From an uncultured Alphaproteobacteria bacterium (GTDB lineage Bacteria; Pseudomonadota; Alphaproteobacteria; Rhizobiales; Beijerinckiaceae), in assembly GCA_963851225.1 (NCBI GenBank), contig CAWKON010000008.1, positions 56,653 through 120,652 on the forward strand: a stretch of DNA of 64,000 nt, written 5' to 3'. Of the stretch, positions 1-12,769 are shown piece after piece; positions within the stretch are counted from its first letter, which is position 1, and every line of letters begins with the position of its first letter. Made by a program: the position numbers and the translations under genes. The notes below the pieces were generated by a model. That model worked only from the letters and a program-made list of their open reading frames with translations. It was not told the origin of the DNA and did no database searches.

Positions 1-1
1 T

Positions 2-1387
<1,386 letters not shown>

Positions 1388-1735
1388 GAGACGACATGCA
1401 AAATGCCGGGCAATTTGGGCCGAGGCCGCGACACTGTATTCGTCTCGTCACCCTCGTGGAGTGAGGTTCGATCGACCCGATTTTTCGCCGCCCGAGGCAA
1501 TCTCAAAATTCATTCTTCCATGACATTGTTTGCCAATGTCACATCCGAAATCAGGCGTTTAGGGATGCGTTTCCCAAGTATTTCGGAGAAAAACCAGATC
1601 TCCTTACGGTGCGGCCGTGGCCGTCCTATATCCCAGCTGGAGCGGTATCCTGGAAAAAACTCGTCGCGGGCGAGCGAAGCGGCTTCTTTGCGATGCTCGT
1701 CCCAAGCAATCCGGGATTTTGTTTTAAGCCTTTCG

Positions 1736-3229
1736 TCATTTACTCCATTCGGGCGTTCTTCCCGGATCAACCTTATTCCCGGGCGCTTTTTCTGCCTTGG
1801 TCTTGGCAGGACGTAACATAAACATCGGCACGTGGTCGCCCATGCCAACGACCGGCGAATTGTCGTCGTTGTGATGCCGACGCTCTGTGGGTACCACAGT
1901 GGACGGCTTCGGCGCAGGCTCAACGGCGGGAAGAGCGCCGTCTCGCTGTCGCGGACGGCTTGGCTTGGCGGTGGCGGGTTCACTCATGGTTTGTTGCCGG
2001 GAAGGACTCGCCCGCCCTCGCGCGCCGCCAGACTGCGCAGCGCGTCTCGTTCTCGCGCCGCGCGGCGCTTGCTCGCTGGTTTCACCTCCCTCGGGGAGAT
2101 TGGCGAGGCTTTCCCCCTCGAGCCAATCGATTTTTCGGGCGATCAGCCGCTCGATTTCAAAAATGTATTTTTGATCGGCGGCGGTAACGATCGAAAGTGC
2201 GACGCCGGTTTTGCCCGCTCGTCCCGTGCGGCCGATGCGATGGACATAATCCTCGGCGTGGGTTGGGACATCGAAGTTGAACACATGGCTTACGTCTGGA
2301 ATGTCGAGGCCGCGCGCCGCAACGTCCGAGCAAACGATTAGGTCCACTCCGCCGGTCTTGAATGCATCGAGGGAAACCATGCGGGCGCGCTGATCCATGT
2401 CGCCGTGCAAAACGCCAGCATTGAACCCATGTTTTTGCAAGGATTTATGGAGGATCGCCACGTCCCGTTTGCGATTACAAAAAATGATCGCGTTCTTGAA
2501 ATTAGCGGCGTTGCGGATCAAGCGGCGCAGGGTTTCGCGCTTGGCCGGGCCGCTTGACGAAGCCACCAGGCCTTGCGACGTGGTAACTAAGGTCGAGGCG
2601 GCGCGGCTCACCTCGATGCGAACCGGATTATGGAGAAAAGCTTCGGTGAGCCTCGTGATCTCCGGCGGCATGGTCGCCGAAAAGAACAAAGTCTGGCGGG
2701 TAAATGGCACCAGCTTGCAGATGCGTTCGATGTCAGGGATGAAACCCATGTCGAGCATCCGGTCGGCTTCGTCGATGACGAGAATTTCGATTCCTGTCAG
2801 AAGCAGCTTGCCGCGCTCGGAGAAATCCAGCAGCCGGCCCGGCGTCGCGATCAGCACGTCGGCGCCCCGCATGATCTTGGTTTCCTGATCGCCGAAGGAA
2901 ACCCCGCCGATCAAAAGCGCGACGTTGAGCTTGTGGTTGACGCCGTAGCGAATGAAACTTTCCTCGACCTGCGCTGCGAGCTCGCGAGTCGGCTCCAAGA
3001 TCAACGTGCGCGGCATTCGGGCCCGGGCGCGGCCCTTTTCCAGCCGCGACAACATCGGAAGCGTGAAGGCCGCGGTCTTGCCGGTGCCTGTTTGCGCGAT
3101 GCCGAGCACATCGCGTCCCGCGAGCACTTGAGGAATTGCTTCCGCTTGAATGGGAGTCGGCGTGAGGTATCCAGAGGCCTCGACGGCTTGGAGAATCTTT
3201 TCGCTGAGACCGAGTTCGCTAAATGTCAT
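1736..3229 (-). CDS. DEAD-box ATP-dependent RNA helicase (RhlE-like) with Arg/Ala-rich C-terminal tail
   Basis: Q-motif and Walker A are present (GYLTPTPIQAEAIP, AQTGTGKTAAF), as are the DEAD box (VIDEADRM), SAT and HRIGRTGRAG motifs. The start is placed at MTFSELGLS (complement of 3227..3229) rather than the upstream extension. Confidence 0.9.
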   Translation of the reverse strand: MTFSELGLSEKILQAVEASGYLTPTPIQAEAIPQVLAGRDVLGIAQTGTGKTAAFTLPMLSRLEKGRARARMPRTLILEPTRELAAQVEESFIRYGVNHKLNVALLIGGVSFGDQETKIMRGADVLIATPGRLLDFSERGKLLLTGIEILVIDEADRMLDMGFIPDIERICKLVPFTRQTLFFSATMPPEITRLTEAFLHNPVRIEVSRAASTLVTTSQGLVASSSGPAKRETLRRLIRNAANFKNAIIFCNRKRDVAILHKSLQKHGFNAGVLHGDMDQRARMVSLDAFKTGGVDLIVCSDVAARGLDIPDVSHVFNFDVPTHAEDYVHRIGRTGRAGKTGVALSIVTAADQKYIFEIERLIARKIDWLEGESLANLPEGGETSEQAPRGARTRRAAQSGGARGRASPSRQQTMSEPATAKPSRPRQRDGALPAVEPAPKPSTVVPTERRHHNDDNSPVVGMGDHVPMFMLRPAKTKAEKAPGNKVDPGRTPEWSK

Positions 3230-3931
3230 TCTGTTCCCAAAAACGGGCCGTAAACGAACCCGTAGCGCATGGCTTGGTCCTAACTGGGCCGCCGTGCTTT
3301 TGCGGGCGAGCTTCCGGCTTGCAACTGAAATACCCATCCAAGTTCACGCGACTTTCCGCGCGAACGGACATCGCGGCACGCCCCTTGGATGCCCCGACCG
3401 GGCAATTCTCTCCCAAGGATTGCTGAAAGCGTGCCCAGCGATTCAATCGACGGCTTGCTTTACTATCTCTTATTTCTTCCAAACGCAATGAACTTCCAAG
3501 CTTCCCGCGGCGGGTGGAAGCGAAAAACACAATTCCACGTGCGCTGAATTGCCGCGCCCCCGCGCCTGATTTGAATTCGATGCACGCTTGCCTTCTCCCT
3601 TATTGTTAATTGGTGGCGAGTTTGCGGTTTTGCCCGGTCGGCAGCATCGACAGCTTCATGGCACCGAAGATCATCCGCGTCATGGCCGGCAAAAAGTCAA
3701 TGATCAATCCCGCTTCGATCACCTCGAGTAGAACGACGATTAAGAGTACCAATCATGCGAATACCTCTAAATTGCCGGGCTCGGCTAGGCATCGAAGCTT
3801 AGCCGATGCTTGCCTGAAGGCACCGGCGGGTCAGAGCGCATTGTCAATGAACAAGTCCTGGTCCCGCGCTCAACACGGAAAGGCCGCCCACGGCCGGGGG
3901 CCTCGACCTCGCCCTGATCGGCAATTGCCGC

Positions 3932-5683
3932 GTGGCGGCGCTGCTCGATGTTCACGGCCGGATCCTCTGGTGGTGCTTTCCGCACTTCAATTCAAACCCA
4001 ATCTTCAGCCGCCTGCTTGCCGGCGACGAGGAAAAAGGGTTCTGCGATGTCGTTTTGGCCGATGTAGCCCGTTCCAAGTCCGGATATGTCAAGAATTCGG
4101 CGGTCGTCGAGACCGAACTTGAGGATCGCCAAGGAGGCCGGCTTCGCATATCCGATTTTGCTCCGCAATTCCGCCGCTTTGAGCGGATGTTCAGGCCACC
4201 GCAGCTTGTGCGTCGAATCTCGCCGATTGCCGGTCTGCCAAGAATATCGATTAGGATCCGGCCGACTCACGCCTATGGGCGCCCCGTCACCAACATCTCG
4301 CTGGGGTCAAACCACATTCGTTATGAGGGTTCGGGTTCGGTCTTGCGGGTTACGACCGATGTGCCGCTTTCCTACATTACCGAGGAAACAGTGTTCCCGC
4401 TTGTTCGGCCACTTACGCTGATCCTTGGACCGGACGAGCCGTTTCAGAGCGCTGTTGACGCCACCTGCCGTGAATTCGAGAAGCAAACGAATGATTATTG
4501 GCTAGGCTGGACGCGCTCGCTTGCCGTGCCGTTCGAATGGCAGGACGCGGTCATCCGCGCCGCAGTGACACTGAAACTCTGCAGCTTCGAGGAGACGGGC
4601 GGTATCGTCGCGGCTCACACCACGTCAATTCCCGAGGCGCCGAATAGCGGCCGCAACTGGGACTACCGGTTTTGTTGGCTTCGAGATGCGCATTTCGTCG
4701 TCCAGGCGCTGAACCGCCTCGGTGCAACCGACACCATGGAAGCCTACATCGACTATGTGACGACGGTTGCGGTGGATCGGGACGCACCTTTGCGGCCAGT
4801 TTATGCGATTGTTCCTGGCAGCGACCTCGGCGAGTGGACGACTCCCGATCTCGCCGGCTTCTTCGGACAGGGACCGGTCCGGATCGGAAATCTGGCGGCC
4901 ACGCAGAACCAACACGATGTCTACGGAAGTGTCATCCTCGCGGCAAGCCAGTTGTTTATCGATGACCGGTTGGCACGGTTGGGCGACGATGCGCTGTTTC
5001 AGCGCCTCGAGGCCTTGGGCGAACAGGCGCGGCGGGTCGCGCTGACGCCAGACGCCGGAATTTGGGAATATCGCGGGCGGGAGCGCATCCACACTCATTC
5101 CGCTGCACATTGCTGGGCAGCCTGTGACCGGTTATCGCAGATTGCCGCGCATCTGGGGATTGAAGGGCGCGCGGACTTCTGGCGGAGTCAAGCGGATGCG
5201 CTGCGCCAGCAGATCCTTGCCCGCGCGTGGAGCGAGACCAAAGGCGCTATAGTAGATGCGCTCGATGGAGAAGAGCTTGACGCGAGTGTGCTGCTCCTCG
5301 CCGAACTGGGTCTTGTACATCCGCAGGATCCCCGGTTCATCAGTACGTGTGAGGCCATCGGGAAGGAGCTTGATCGCAAAGGCTGGGTCATGCGATACGC
5401 CAATGACGACGGTTTTGGAGTGCCCGAGACGGCGTTCCTGGTCTGTACCTTGTGGTACATCGACGCGCTTGCCGCGATTGGCCGCAGGGATGAGGCGCGC
5501 GCACGCTTTGTCAATCTTCTCGATCACCGAAACGCGTTTGGTCTCCTATCCGAAGACATCCACCCGGGGACCGGCCTGCTGTGCGGAAATATCCCACAGA
5601 CCTACTCGATGGCAGCCATCATCATAACGGCCACGAGACTTTCTATTGGATGGGAGGACGCCTGGTCGCGCGTCTCATACTAG
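3932..5683 (+). CDS. glycoside hydrolase family 15 (glucoamylase/trehalase-like); conserved N-terminus extends upstream to ~3851 without a canonical start
   Basis: Carries the GH15 signature NWDYRFCWLRDAHFVVQALNRLG and an alpha/alpha-toroid-like C-terminal half. The reading frame upstream of the GTG at 3932 encodes TERPPTAGGLDLALIGNC, which resembles GH15 N-termini. Confidence 0.8.
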   Translation: MAALLDVHGRILWWCFPHFNSNPIFSRLLAGDEEKGFCDVVLADVARSKSGYVKNSAVVETELEDRQGGRLRISDFAPQFRRFERMFRPPQLVRRISPIAGLPRISIRIRPTHAYGRPVTNISLGSNHIRYEGSGSVLRVTTDVPLSYITEETVFPLVRPLTLILGPDEPFQSAVDATCREFEKQTNDYWLGWTRSLAVPFEWQDAVIRAAVTLKLCSFEETGGIVAAHTTSIPEAPNSGRNWDYRFCWLRDAHFVVQALNRLGATDTMEAYIDYVTTVAVDRDAPLRPVYAIVPGSDLGEWTTPDLAGFFGQGPVRIGNLAATQNQHDVYGSVILAASQLFIDDRLARLGDDALFQRLEALGEQARRVALTPDAGIWEYRGRERIHTHSAAHCWAACDRLSQIAAHLGIEGRADFWRSQADALRQQILARAWSETKGAIVDALDGEELDASVLLLAELGLVHPQDPRFISTCEAIGKELDRKGWVMRYANDDGFGVPETAFLVCTLWYIDALAAIGRRDEARARFVNLLDHRNAFGLLSEDIHPGTGLLCGNIPQTYSMAAIIITATRLSIGWEDAWSRVSY

Positions 5684-5767
5684 CCTCGAATTGGGGTTGC
5701 GATACCCGCCTCGTCAAGCAGGCGGGCGCATTGTTTGGGTAAAGGCAACTTGAAGCAGCGCGAGGCG

Positions 5768-6092
5768 TCTGGTTCGCAAAGCTCCCCTCGAATGTGCGAC
5801 ACCATGGTGATGCTCAAACCCCGCGGGGAGTGGCCTCCGGGAATTACCTACGAAAAGCCGATTTCGGAAATGGATGCGAAACTCCAGTTCCATGGGTCGA
5901 CCCACACGTAGGCCATGCCGGTCGAGAATCGTCTCGACATGGAGCTCACCGGAATCAAGACCCCTGTTGGCATCAAGATTCAAGGCCCGAGCCTGGAAGA
6001 TATCGAGGAACTGGGCGCGAGAGTGCTGCACATTCTCGGGATGATGCCAGAATTGAGTTCGGTCTGCTTAAATAGTAATCAAAATCTTGTTT
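5768..6092 (+). pseudogene. remnant of an HME-RND efflux pump gene (CzcA/CusA-like), ~100 aa in two frames
   Basis: Frame A reads DTMVMLKPRGEWPPGITYEKPISEMDAKL. Frame B reads MPVENRLDMELTGIKTPVGIKIQGPSLEDIEELGARVLHILGMMPEL. Both resemble CusA/CzcA periplasmic-loop sequence. Full-length RND proteins are ~1050 aa. Confidence 0.5.
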
Positions 6093-6198
6093 AGGCAAGA
6101 TAAAAAATTGGATTCGACAGTCTTAGAATTAATCAGGAACAAATTTGGCGTTGATGCGTTTAAGGCTTGGGTATGCTCAGACAAAGGTGGTCGTGCCC

Positions 6199-7858
6199 AT
6201 GGTTCACCTTGAACTTCTGTACAAGCCTGCCGCGATCAGCCGCGGGAAGCGGACGGTAGACTGGTCGTCGTCTCAAATCGCGTGCCTTTGCCGTCATCCT
6301 CGGTGGCGCCTGCGGCCGGTGGACTTGCGGTCGCGCTGGAGGCGGCGCTCAAGGCGCAGCGGAGGCCTCTGGTTCGGCTGGTCGGGCAAAACCAGCGAGG
6401 AGGGCGGGCCTCCGCTCCAATGCAGGACTGTTGGATCGCTCACCTATGCGGTATGCGACCTTTCGCGCCGCGATATCGAACAATATTATTGCGGCTTCGC
6501 CAACCGGACGCTTTGGCCGATTTGTCATTATCGCCTCGACCTCGCCAATCTGTCGGAATGCAACGCCGCCGCCTATTTCCGGGTGAACGAGCAATTTGCC
6601 CGTCAACTCCATAAGCTGCTGCGTTGCGATGATATTATTTGGGTGCATGATTATCATCTCATTCCCATGGCGCGTTTTCTGCGCCAGATGGGCTGCGCCA
6701 ACCGGATCGGTTTTTTTCTGCATATTCCCTGGCCGGGGCCGGAAGTCGCCAGCGCTTTGCCCGCCTATCAGCGGATCCTGCGCTCGTTTGGAGCCTATGA
6801 TGTCGTTGGTTTTCAGACCGAGACCGACGCCGGTAATTTCCGTGAATGCATCGTGAGCGCCAATGTCGGGCCGAGTTGCCGGTGGCGATTGGTGCGAGAT
6901 CGACGGCCGCCGGATGCAGGTCAGCGCGTTTCCAATCGGCATCGACAACGAGGCCTTCGCGCAAGAGGCACGTGCCGCCGAAAAAAATAGCACGGTCAAA
7001 CGCATGCTCGCGAGCCTCGATGGCCGCGACCTCGTCATCGGCGTCGATCGGCTTGACTATTCAAAGGGCTTGAGACAGCGCATGGCGGCGTTCGCGACTT
7101 TCCTCGAGCGTTCGCCGCAAGCGGCGCGGGCGCGCGTGACGATGCTGCAAATCACGCCAAAATCGCGCTCGGAAGTTCCCGAATATGCCCGTATGCAACG
7201 CGAATTGGAGGAAGAAGTCGGCCGCATCAATGGCAAACTCGGCGATGTCGATTGGACTCCGCTACGCTATATCAACAAATCCATGAGCCATTCGGTCCTC
7301 GCCGGACTTTATCGCATGTCCCGCATCGGCCTCGTCACGCCCTTGCGCGACGGCATGAACCTCGTCGCCAAGGAATATGTGGCGGCGCAAGCGCCAGATA
7401 ATCCCGGCGTGCTCGTCTTGTCGCAATTCGCCGGCGCCGCCCATGAACTAAAAAGCGCCTTGATCGTGAACCCCTACGATATCGAAGCCACCGCCGCCGC
7501 CATCGCGCGCGCCTTCGCCATGCCGCTCGGAGAACGCAAGGACCGATGGAACTCCTTGATGGCGGTGCTTCGCGCAAATAGCGTCCACGATTGGGCGTCC
7601 CATTTTCTTCAGGCTCTGGGCAATGAATACGAAAGCGGGGAGTTCGACAGGGCGCTGGACGGAGCCGGGTTTCCAGGGTCCGCCGGCTTGGGCCGGCTTA
7701 ACGCGATCGGAGCCGCTCCGCGCCGCGCTCCTATGTTCGTTCTTGATCAACCTGGGGCAGAAAGCCCAATTGAGCGAGCGCAGTTTCGCAAGGTCCTCCC
7801 TTTTTCACTGGTTTCGAGCATTGCGCGCGTACCTGCGCCCGGTCACTCGCTGGAATGA
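6199..7858 (+). pseudogene. otsA: alpha,alpha-trehalose-phosphate synthase OtsA, split over three reading frames (>=3 frameshifts near 6200-6260, ~6360 and ~6880)
   Basis: The N-terminus (RLVVVSNRVPLPSSSVAPAAGGLAVALEAALKA) is in frame 3. The middle (GGLWFGWSG...IIWVHDYHLIPMA...NRIGFFLHIPWPGPE...GFQTE) is in frame 1. The C-terminus (ERLDYSKGL...[20 protein letters not shown]...[13 protein letters not shown]) is in frame 2. The whole is collinear with E. coli OtsA. Confidence 0.85.
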
Positions 7859-7878
7859 GGCAAAGCCGCCGGCCACCG

Positions 7879-8637
7879 TTATGGAACTGACCCTCCTTCG
7901 TGACTCGCCAAAAGCAGGTGCAGCTCCGCCCGTACACTCGCCGGATCGGGCAGACGATAGCGTGCCTCGCTCGCAACGCCGGCGGGGCCTACCCGCACCG
8001 AAATTCCGCCTTGCGTATTGACAAACGAAAACCCGCTTTCGTCGGTCAAATCGTCGCCGATAAAGACCGGCTTGCGGCCGGAAAAAGGTGGCCTCGCCAG
8101 AAGGGCGGCGATGCCGTTGCCTTTGTCGTGGTGCACTTGCTTGAATTCGGCAACCATCTTGCCTTCCTGCACCGCAAGACCGGTTTGTCGCGCGAGGCTT
8201 TCGAGAAATTCCAACACTTCGCCTGCGAGTTCCGGCGTTTGCCTGAAATGCACCGCAAGTGCCGCACCTTTATCCTCCAGCATTAACCCCGGATGGGCCG
8301 CCATGAATTTCGCGAGAGGCAGCCGGACGCCATCCATCGCGACATCGGGCGGGCTTCCGCGTGACCTATCCGGAAACCGGACTTCCGCGCCATGCAGCCC
8401 GGCCGCGGCAAAAACGAGCGGCGCGAAAATACGATCGATGTCCTTGATCGTGCGCCCGCTGACGAGGGCAAGCGCCCCCCGTGTGGCACCGGCAAGCCCG
8501 GCGAGCAGCGTCCGTAATGGTTCATCTGCGATGACGTCCTCTGGGCGCGGCATAATTTCGAGGAGCGTGCCATCGGCATCGAGGAAATAAGCGCAGGAGG
8601 AAAGAGGCGCCATCCTCGCGAGATCGCCTAGCTGCAC
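7879..8637 (-). CDS. otsB: trehalose-6-phosphate phosphatase OtsB (HAD superfamily)
   Basis: Carries HAD motif I FLDADGTLLEI, GRT and a C-terminal GDDxTDE motif. It is convergent with otsA. Confidence 0.85.
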   Translation of the reverse strand: MQLGDLARMAPLSSCAYFLDADGTLLEIMPRPEDVIADEPLRTLLAGLAGATRGALALVSGRTIKDIDRIFAPLVFAAAGLHGAEVRFPDRSRGSPPDVAMDGVRLPLAKFMAAHPGLMLEDKGAALAVHFRQTPELAGEVLEFLESLARQTGLAVQEGKMVAEFKQVHHDKGNGIAALLARPPFSGRKPVFIGDDLTDESGFSFVNTQGGISVRVGPAGVASEARYRLPDPASVRAELHLLLASHEGGSVP

Positions 8638-8638
8638 C

Positions 8639-9079
8639 CTACCAAACCCCGGTGTTGGGCATGGACGTCCAGGGCTCGCGCTTTGGCAAGGGCGCGCCCT
8701 GTTGCAAAAGCTCGATTGAAATATTATCCGGCGAACGGATAAAGGCCATGTGCCCGTCGCGGGGCGGCCGGTTGATCGTGACGCCCGCCTTCATCAGTCT
8801 GTCACATGCCGCATAAATATCCTCTACGGCGTAAGCCAGATGACCGAAATTGCGGCCGCCGGTATAGTCCTCCTTGTCCCAATTATGGGTCAGCTCGATG
8901 AGCGGCGCCTGGAATTCCGTGGCGTGTTCCAAATCTCCCGGCGCGGCGAGAAACACGAGAGTGTAACGGCCGGCTTCATTCTCCATTCGCCGCATTTCGA
9001 CGAGCCCTAGCTTATTGACATAGAAATCGAGCGCTTGGTCAAGATCCGCGACACGGACCATGGTATGAAGAAATTCCAT
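8639..9079 (-). CDS. gloA: lactoylglutathione lyase (glyoxalase I)
   Basis: MEFLHTMVRVADLDQALDFYVNKLGL...IELTHNW...GHLAYAVEDIYAACDRL is collinear with E. coli GloA. The long ORF extension upstream of this Met is not supported by similarity. Confidence 0.8.
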   Translation of the reverse strand: MEFLHTMVRVADLDQALDFYVNKLGLVEMRRMENEAGRYTLVFLAAPGDLEHATEFQAPLIELTHNWDKEDYTGGRNFGHLAYAVEDIYAACDRLMKAGVTINRPPRDGHMAFIRSPDNISIELLQQGAPLPKREPWTSMPNTGVW

Positions 9080-9203
9080 TACTTTTCTCCAATTTGCCCG
9101 ACCGGGTGGCCGGGCAAACAAATGCCAAACATCCGTTCGCAATGTTATATAGCACTGAAGCGGGGCCGCGCCGCCTCTAGCGCGTGCTTGAGTTAACAAT
9201 TCG

Positions 9204-10624
9204 GTGAGCGCGCCATCTATGCCGGTAGAACGGGAAGCGACGATGAACGCGGCCGGCAGACTGAAAGAGCGCGCGGCGCTTGCTTCGATTGCGGTGAGTG
9301 CGTCGATGACCGCGGCAAAATTCGCCGCCGGGCTTGCCTCGGGGTCGCTCGCGGTGCTTTCCGAAGCTGGCCATAATCTCGCCGATGTGGCCGCCACCGC
9401 TCTCACCTATTTCGCTGTGAGGATCGCGAACAAGCCCGCCGACGAGGAACATCAATTCGGCCACGCCAAGGTCGAGGCATTGGCCGCTTTGGTCGAAACC
9501 GGCTTCCTGTTCGCGCTCGCCGTTTTTATCCTGATCGAAGCGATCGCACGGCTAGCAGGCCATGCCACGAAAATCGAGGCCAATTCTTTCGTCTTCGGTG
9601 TTTTGATTGCCTCGATCATCGTGGATTTGGCGCGTTGGCGTTCCCTGAAACGGATCGCCGCAACGACGAAAAGCGACGCGCTCGCCGCCGACGCATTGCA
9701 TTTTTCGAGCGATATCGTCAGCTCCGCCCTGGCGTTGTGCGGGATCACCGCCGCGCGTTACGGCTTTCCACAAGGCGACGCGCTGGCGGCCTTAGGGCTT
9801 GCGGTATTCATCGCGCGTGGCGGGCTGGCAGATTGGCCGGCGCACCGTCAACACTCTCGTTGACGCGGCGCCGAAGGGTCTTGCCTCGCAAATCAGGACG
9901 CTCGCGCAATCCGTTCCTGGCGTGGTCAAAGTCGAGACGCTCCGCCTGCGTCCGGCCGGAGCCGAGGTGTTCGGCGATATTGCCATCACCGTGTCGCGGA
10001 CCTTACCGCTTGAAAAAGCCGCCGCGATCGAGGCGAATGTCGCGGCGGCGATCGCGGCCCGGCATCCCGAGGTCGCCGTCACGGTCACGGCGCAGCCGGT
10101 CGCCCTCGACGACGAAACGATGCTCGAACGCATTCTTCTGATCGCGGCCAAACGCCGCGTTTCGATTCATCACGTCACCATTGCAGGAAATCGATGCGCG
10201 GACCGCGATCAGTTTCGACGTCGAACTCGACGGTCGTATGACGCATGGCAATGCACATGAGATCGTCTCTGGGCTCGAGAGCGAGATCGGCCGCGAACTC
10301 GGCCCCGGCATTGAAGTCGAAACCCATATCGAGCCGCTGGAACCGCGCCCATTGCAGGGTCACGACGCGCCTATGGAAATCACGCGCGGAAATCGCCCAT
10401 GCTTTCGCCAAAATGGCATCCCTAGCGGGACCAATTCGCGACGTGCACAGCGTCCGGGTGAGGACAACGCCGGACGGCCTGGTCGTCAACTACCATTGCC
10501 GGGTCAGCCCTTACCTCAGCGTCGACGAAGTGCACGAACATGTCGACGAGCTCGACCGGAAAATGCGCGCCGCTTTCCGGGCATCGTCAGAATCGTCGGC
10601 CACGCCGAGCCGTTGCGCGCATGA
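9204..10624 (+). pseudogene. cation diffusion facilitator (CzcD/FieF-like) metal efflux protein with C-terminal cytoplasmic domain; reading frame broken ~4 times
   Basis: The TM domain (SEAGHNLADVAATALTYFAVRIANKPADEEHQFGHAKVEALAA, HFSSDIVSS) is in frame 0. The C-terminal domain pieces lie in ORFs 9799.., 10181.. and 10245.. (VKVETLRLRPAGAEVFGDIAITV, HEIVSGLESEI, VHSVRVRTTPDGLVVNYHCRV). Confidence 0.75.
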
Positions 10625-10660
10625 GCGAAGATTTCGCCCGCGGCGCTGCCACCCTTTGCC

Positions 10661-11938
10661 ATGCTCGCTTCCCTGTTGCGGGCACGCCGCTTCGCGGGCT
10701 TGTTCTGGTGCCAGTTTTTTTCCGTCTTCAACGATAATTTCGTACGCAACATGCTCGCCATGCTGATCCTGTTCCGGCTCGGCGAAATTGGAGGCAGGCC
10801 CCCTGATCACGCTCGCGGTTGGCACGTTCATGGCTCCCTCGCTGTTTCTCTCCGGGCTTGGCGGCGAAATGGCGGACGCGCGATGACAAGGCGTGGCTTG
10901 CGCGGCGTCTCAAATTCGCGGAAATATTGGTTCAGACTGTCGCCGCCGCAGGGCCTCGCTCTCGCCTCGTTGCCGCTGCTTTATACCGCGCTTGTTCGGA
11001 CTTGGCGTGATCTCGGCTTTGTTCGGCCCGGTCAAATACGGTATTCTTCCCGACCTTCTCGCGAAACAGGAACTGCTCGCCGGCAACGCCCTCGTCGAGG
11101 CGGCAACATTCATCGCGATTTTTTTGGGGCTGATCGCGGGCGGCCTGTCCGCGAAGGGACGCGCGCCGGAAGGCACCGTTTTGCAGCTGATGGTCATTGC
11201 CATCGCTTGTTTCGCCGCCAGCCTTTTTATTCCCGCGGCAGCGCGCGCGGCGCCCGGTCTTCGCGCGAATCGCAATGTCTTCGCCTCCACCTTCGCGCTC
11301 CTGCGCGAGATCGCGCGAGACGCAACCTCTTTGGACACGCAGCGTGGCGGTCTCCTGGTTTTGGATGAGCGGCGCGGTGGCTCTCTCGCTGGTGCCGGTG
11401 GTCGTCCGCAACAAAACGGGAGGCGGCATCGAGGTCGAGACGGCGGTGAGCGCGCTCTTCGCGCTCGGCATCGGAACCGGCTCGCTTGCGGCGGCGGTAA
11501 TTGCCCGCGGGCGGATTTATTTGAAGCCGGTTCCGCTGGCCGCGCTCGGCATGGCGGCCTTTCTGATCGACCTCGGCGCCGCGACATTCTTCCTGCCGGT
11601 GGCAAAAGTTGAGGTGGGGCTTGCCGAATTTTTTTCATCTATGGCCGGGATCCGCATCGCCTGCGATGTCGCGGGGCTTGCCTGCGCCGGCGGACTTTTT
11701 GTCGTGCCTTTGTTTACCGCAATCCAGGCCGACGCGCCGAAAGACCGGCGCGCCGAGAATAGTCGGCGGCGTAAACATTTTAAATTCGGCTTTCATCGTT
11801 TTGGGGGTGCTCGCGACAGCCGTGCTGCAGAGCTCGCGCGTGGGCGTGACGGAGCCAGTGCTTCTCGCCGCGCTCGGCGTTTTGAACCTCGGCGCGGCGT
11901 TTTATGTGCGCAAGTCCGCGACGCAAGGCGTGGCCTGA
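10661..11938 (+). pseudogene. MFS transporter, lysophospholipid transporter LplT-like; split over >=4 frames
   Basis: The pieces MLASLLRARRFAGLFWCQFFSVFNDNFVRNMLAMLILF, FGPVKYGILPDLLAKQELLAGNALVEAATFIAIFLGL, LSLVPVVVRNK, GIGTGSLAAAVIARGRIYLKPVPLAALGM and RIVGGVNILNSAFIVLGVLA are consecutive but lie in different frames. Confidence 0.6.
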
Positions 11939-12207
11939 AGGCATACGTCCAGAGCGCGAAAATCGGTACGCATGATATTGAGAAGGGGCGCTGTTTTGAA
12001 ACGGAGCTGCCATTCGGCGACCGCCGCCTTGGCTGGAAAGCCGATACCCTCCGAACGTGAAATCGCCAACCCTGCCGCCTGCAGACGGCTTACGTGCGTT
12101 TGCGACCCCCGGCCTTGGGAGCACGGTAAACGACTGGAAATTGCTCCAATTTAACGAGTGGCCTTACCTTCTCCTGGCGAATTTTCTTGCTTACTGGAGG
12201 TTGCCCG

Positions 12208-12768
12208 CTATTGGGCGCGGACTCTGCGGCGCCAATCGGTCCAATCCACGATTTCAGAGGAAACAGTCTCTACGGCCGCACCAGGATCGAGATTCTCAAG
12301 CAGACCGACGAGGTTCATACTCGGGTGGCGTGCATTCGGTACGATCAGGGCATCAAACCCAAGGAACTGAGCAGCTGCGGCGATAGTCTGCGTAGCTGAA
12401 TAGTCGTAACTTTCGTACCGCCCGGTATTCACGCCGAGCCTATCGAGAGTCTGCAAGTTCGGAAGGCGCACGGCGCGCTCGGCGTGAATTGTCAACTCGT
12501 GCAGTTCGTGAACGAGCTTGCTCGGCCAGACCGGTTCCAGCGAGAGGCGGTGTGCGATTTCCGAGAGTGCGCCGTCGCGTTCGAGACTTGTGTAGAGCAC
12601 CTCGAATTCGCCTGTAGGGCTCCAGCGTCCATTGGCGGCGGATCCTCTAGCCGGGTTCCGGCCGCTGCGTATGATTCGCCATACTTGGCCGTCGAACGGT
12701 TGCGCGCCGATATCTTCAAGGGCGTCCAGTACAACCTTGTCGTGAACCCGCCGCCCCCGATCCCCCAT
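12208..12768 (-). CDS. RES-domain toxin (NAD+-targeting, MbcT/ParT-like)
   Basis: WRIIRSGRNPARGSAANGRWSPTGEFEVLYTSLERDGALSEIAHRL is typical of RES-domain proteins. The stop of the upstream antitoxin lies 1 nt from this ATG. Confidence 0.8.
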   Translation of the reverse strand: MGDRGRRVHDKVVLDALEDIGAQPFDGQVWRIIRSGRNPARGSAANGRWSPTGEFEVLYTSLERDGALSEIAHRLSLEPVWPSKLVHELHELTIHAERAVRLPNLQTLDRLGVNTGRYESYDYSATQTIAAAAQFLGFDALIVPNARHPSMNLVGLLENLDPGAAVETVSSEIVDWTDWRRRVRAQ

Positions 12769-12769
12769 C

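Noticed and set aside
10910-11638. 242-aa minus-strand ORF
   Set aside because: It is antisense to the lplT-like transporter fragments and shows shadow-ORF composition.
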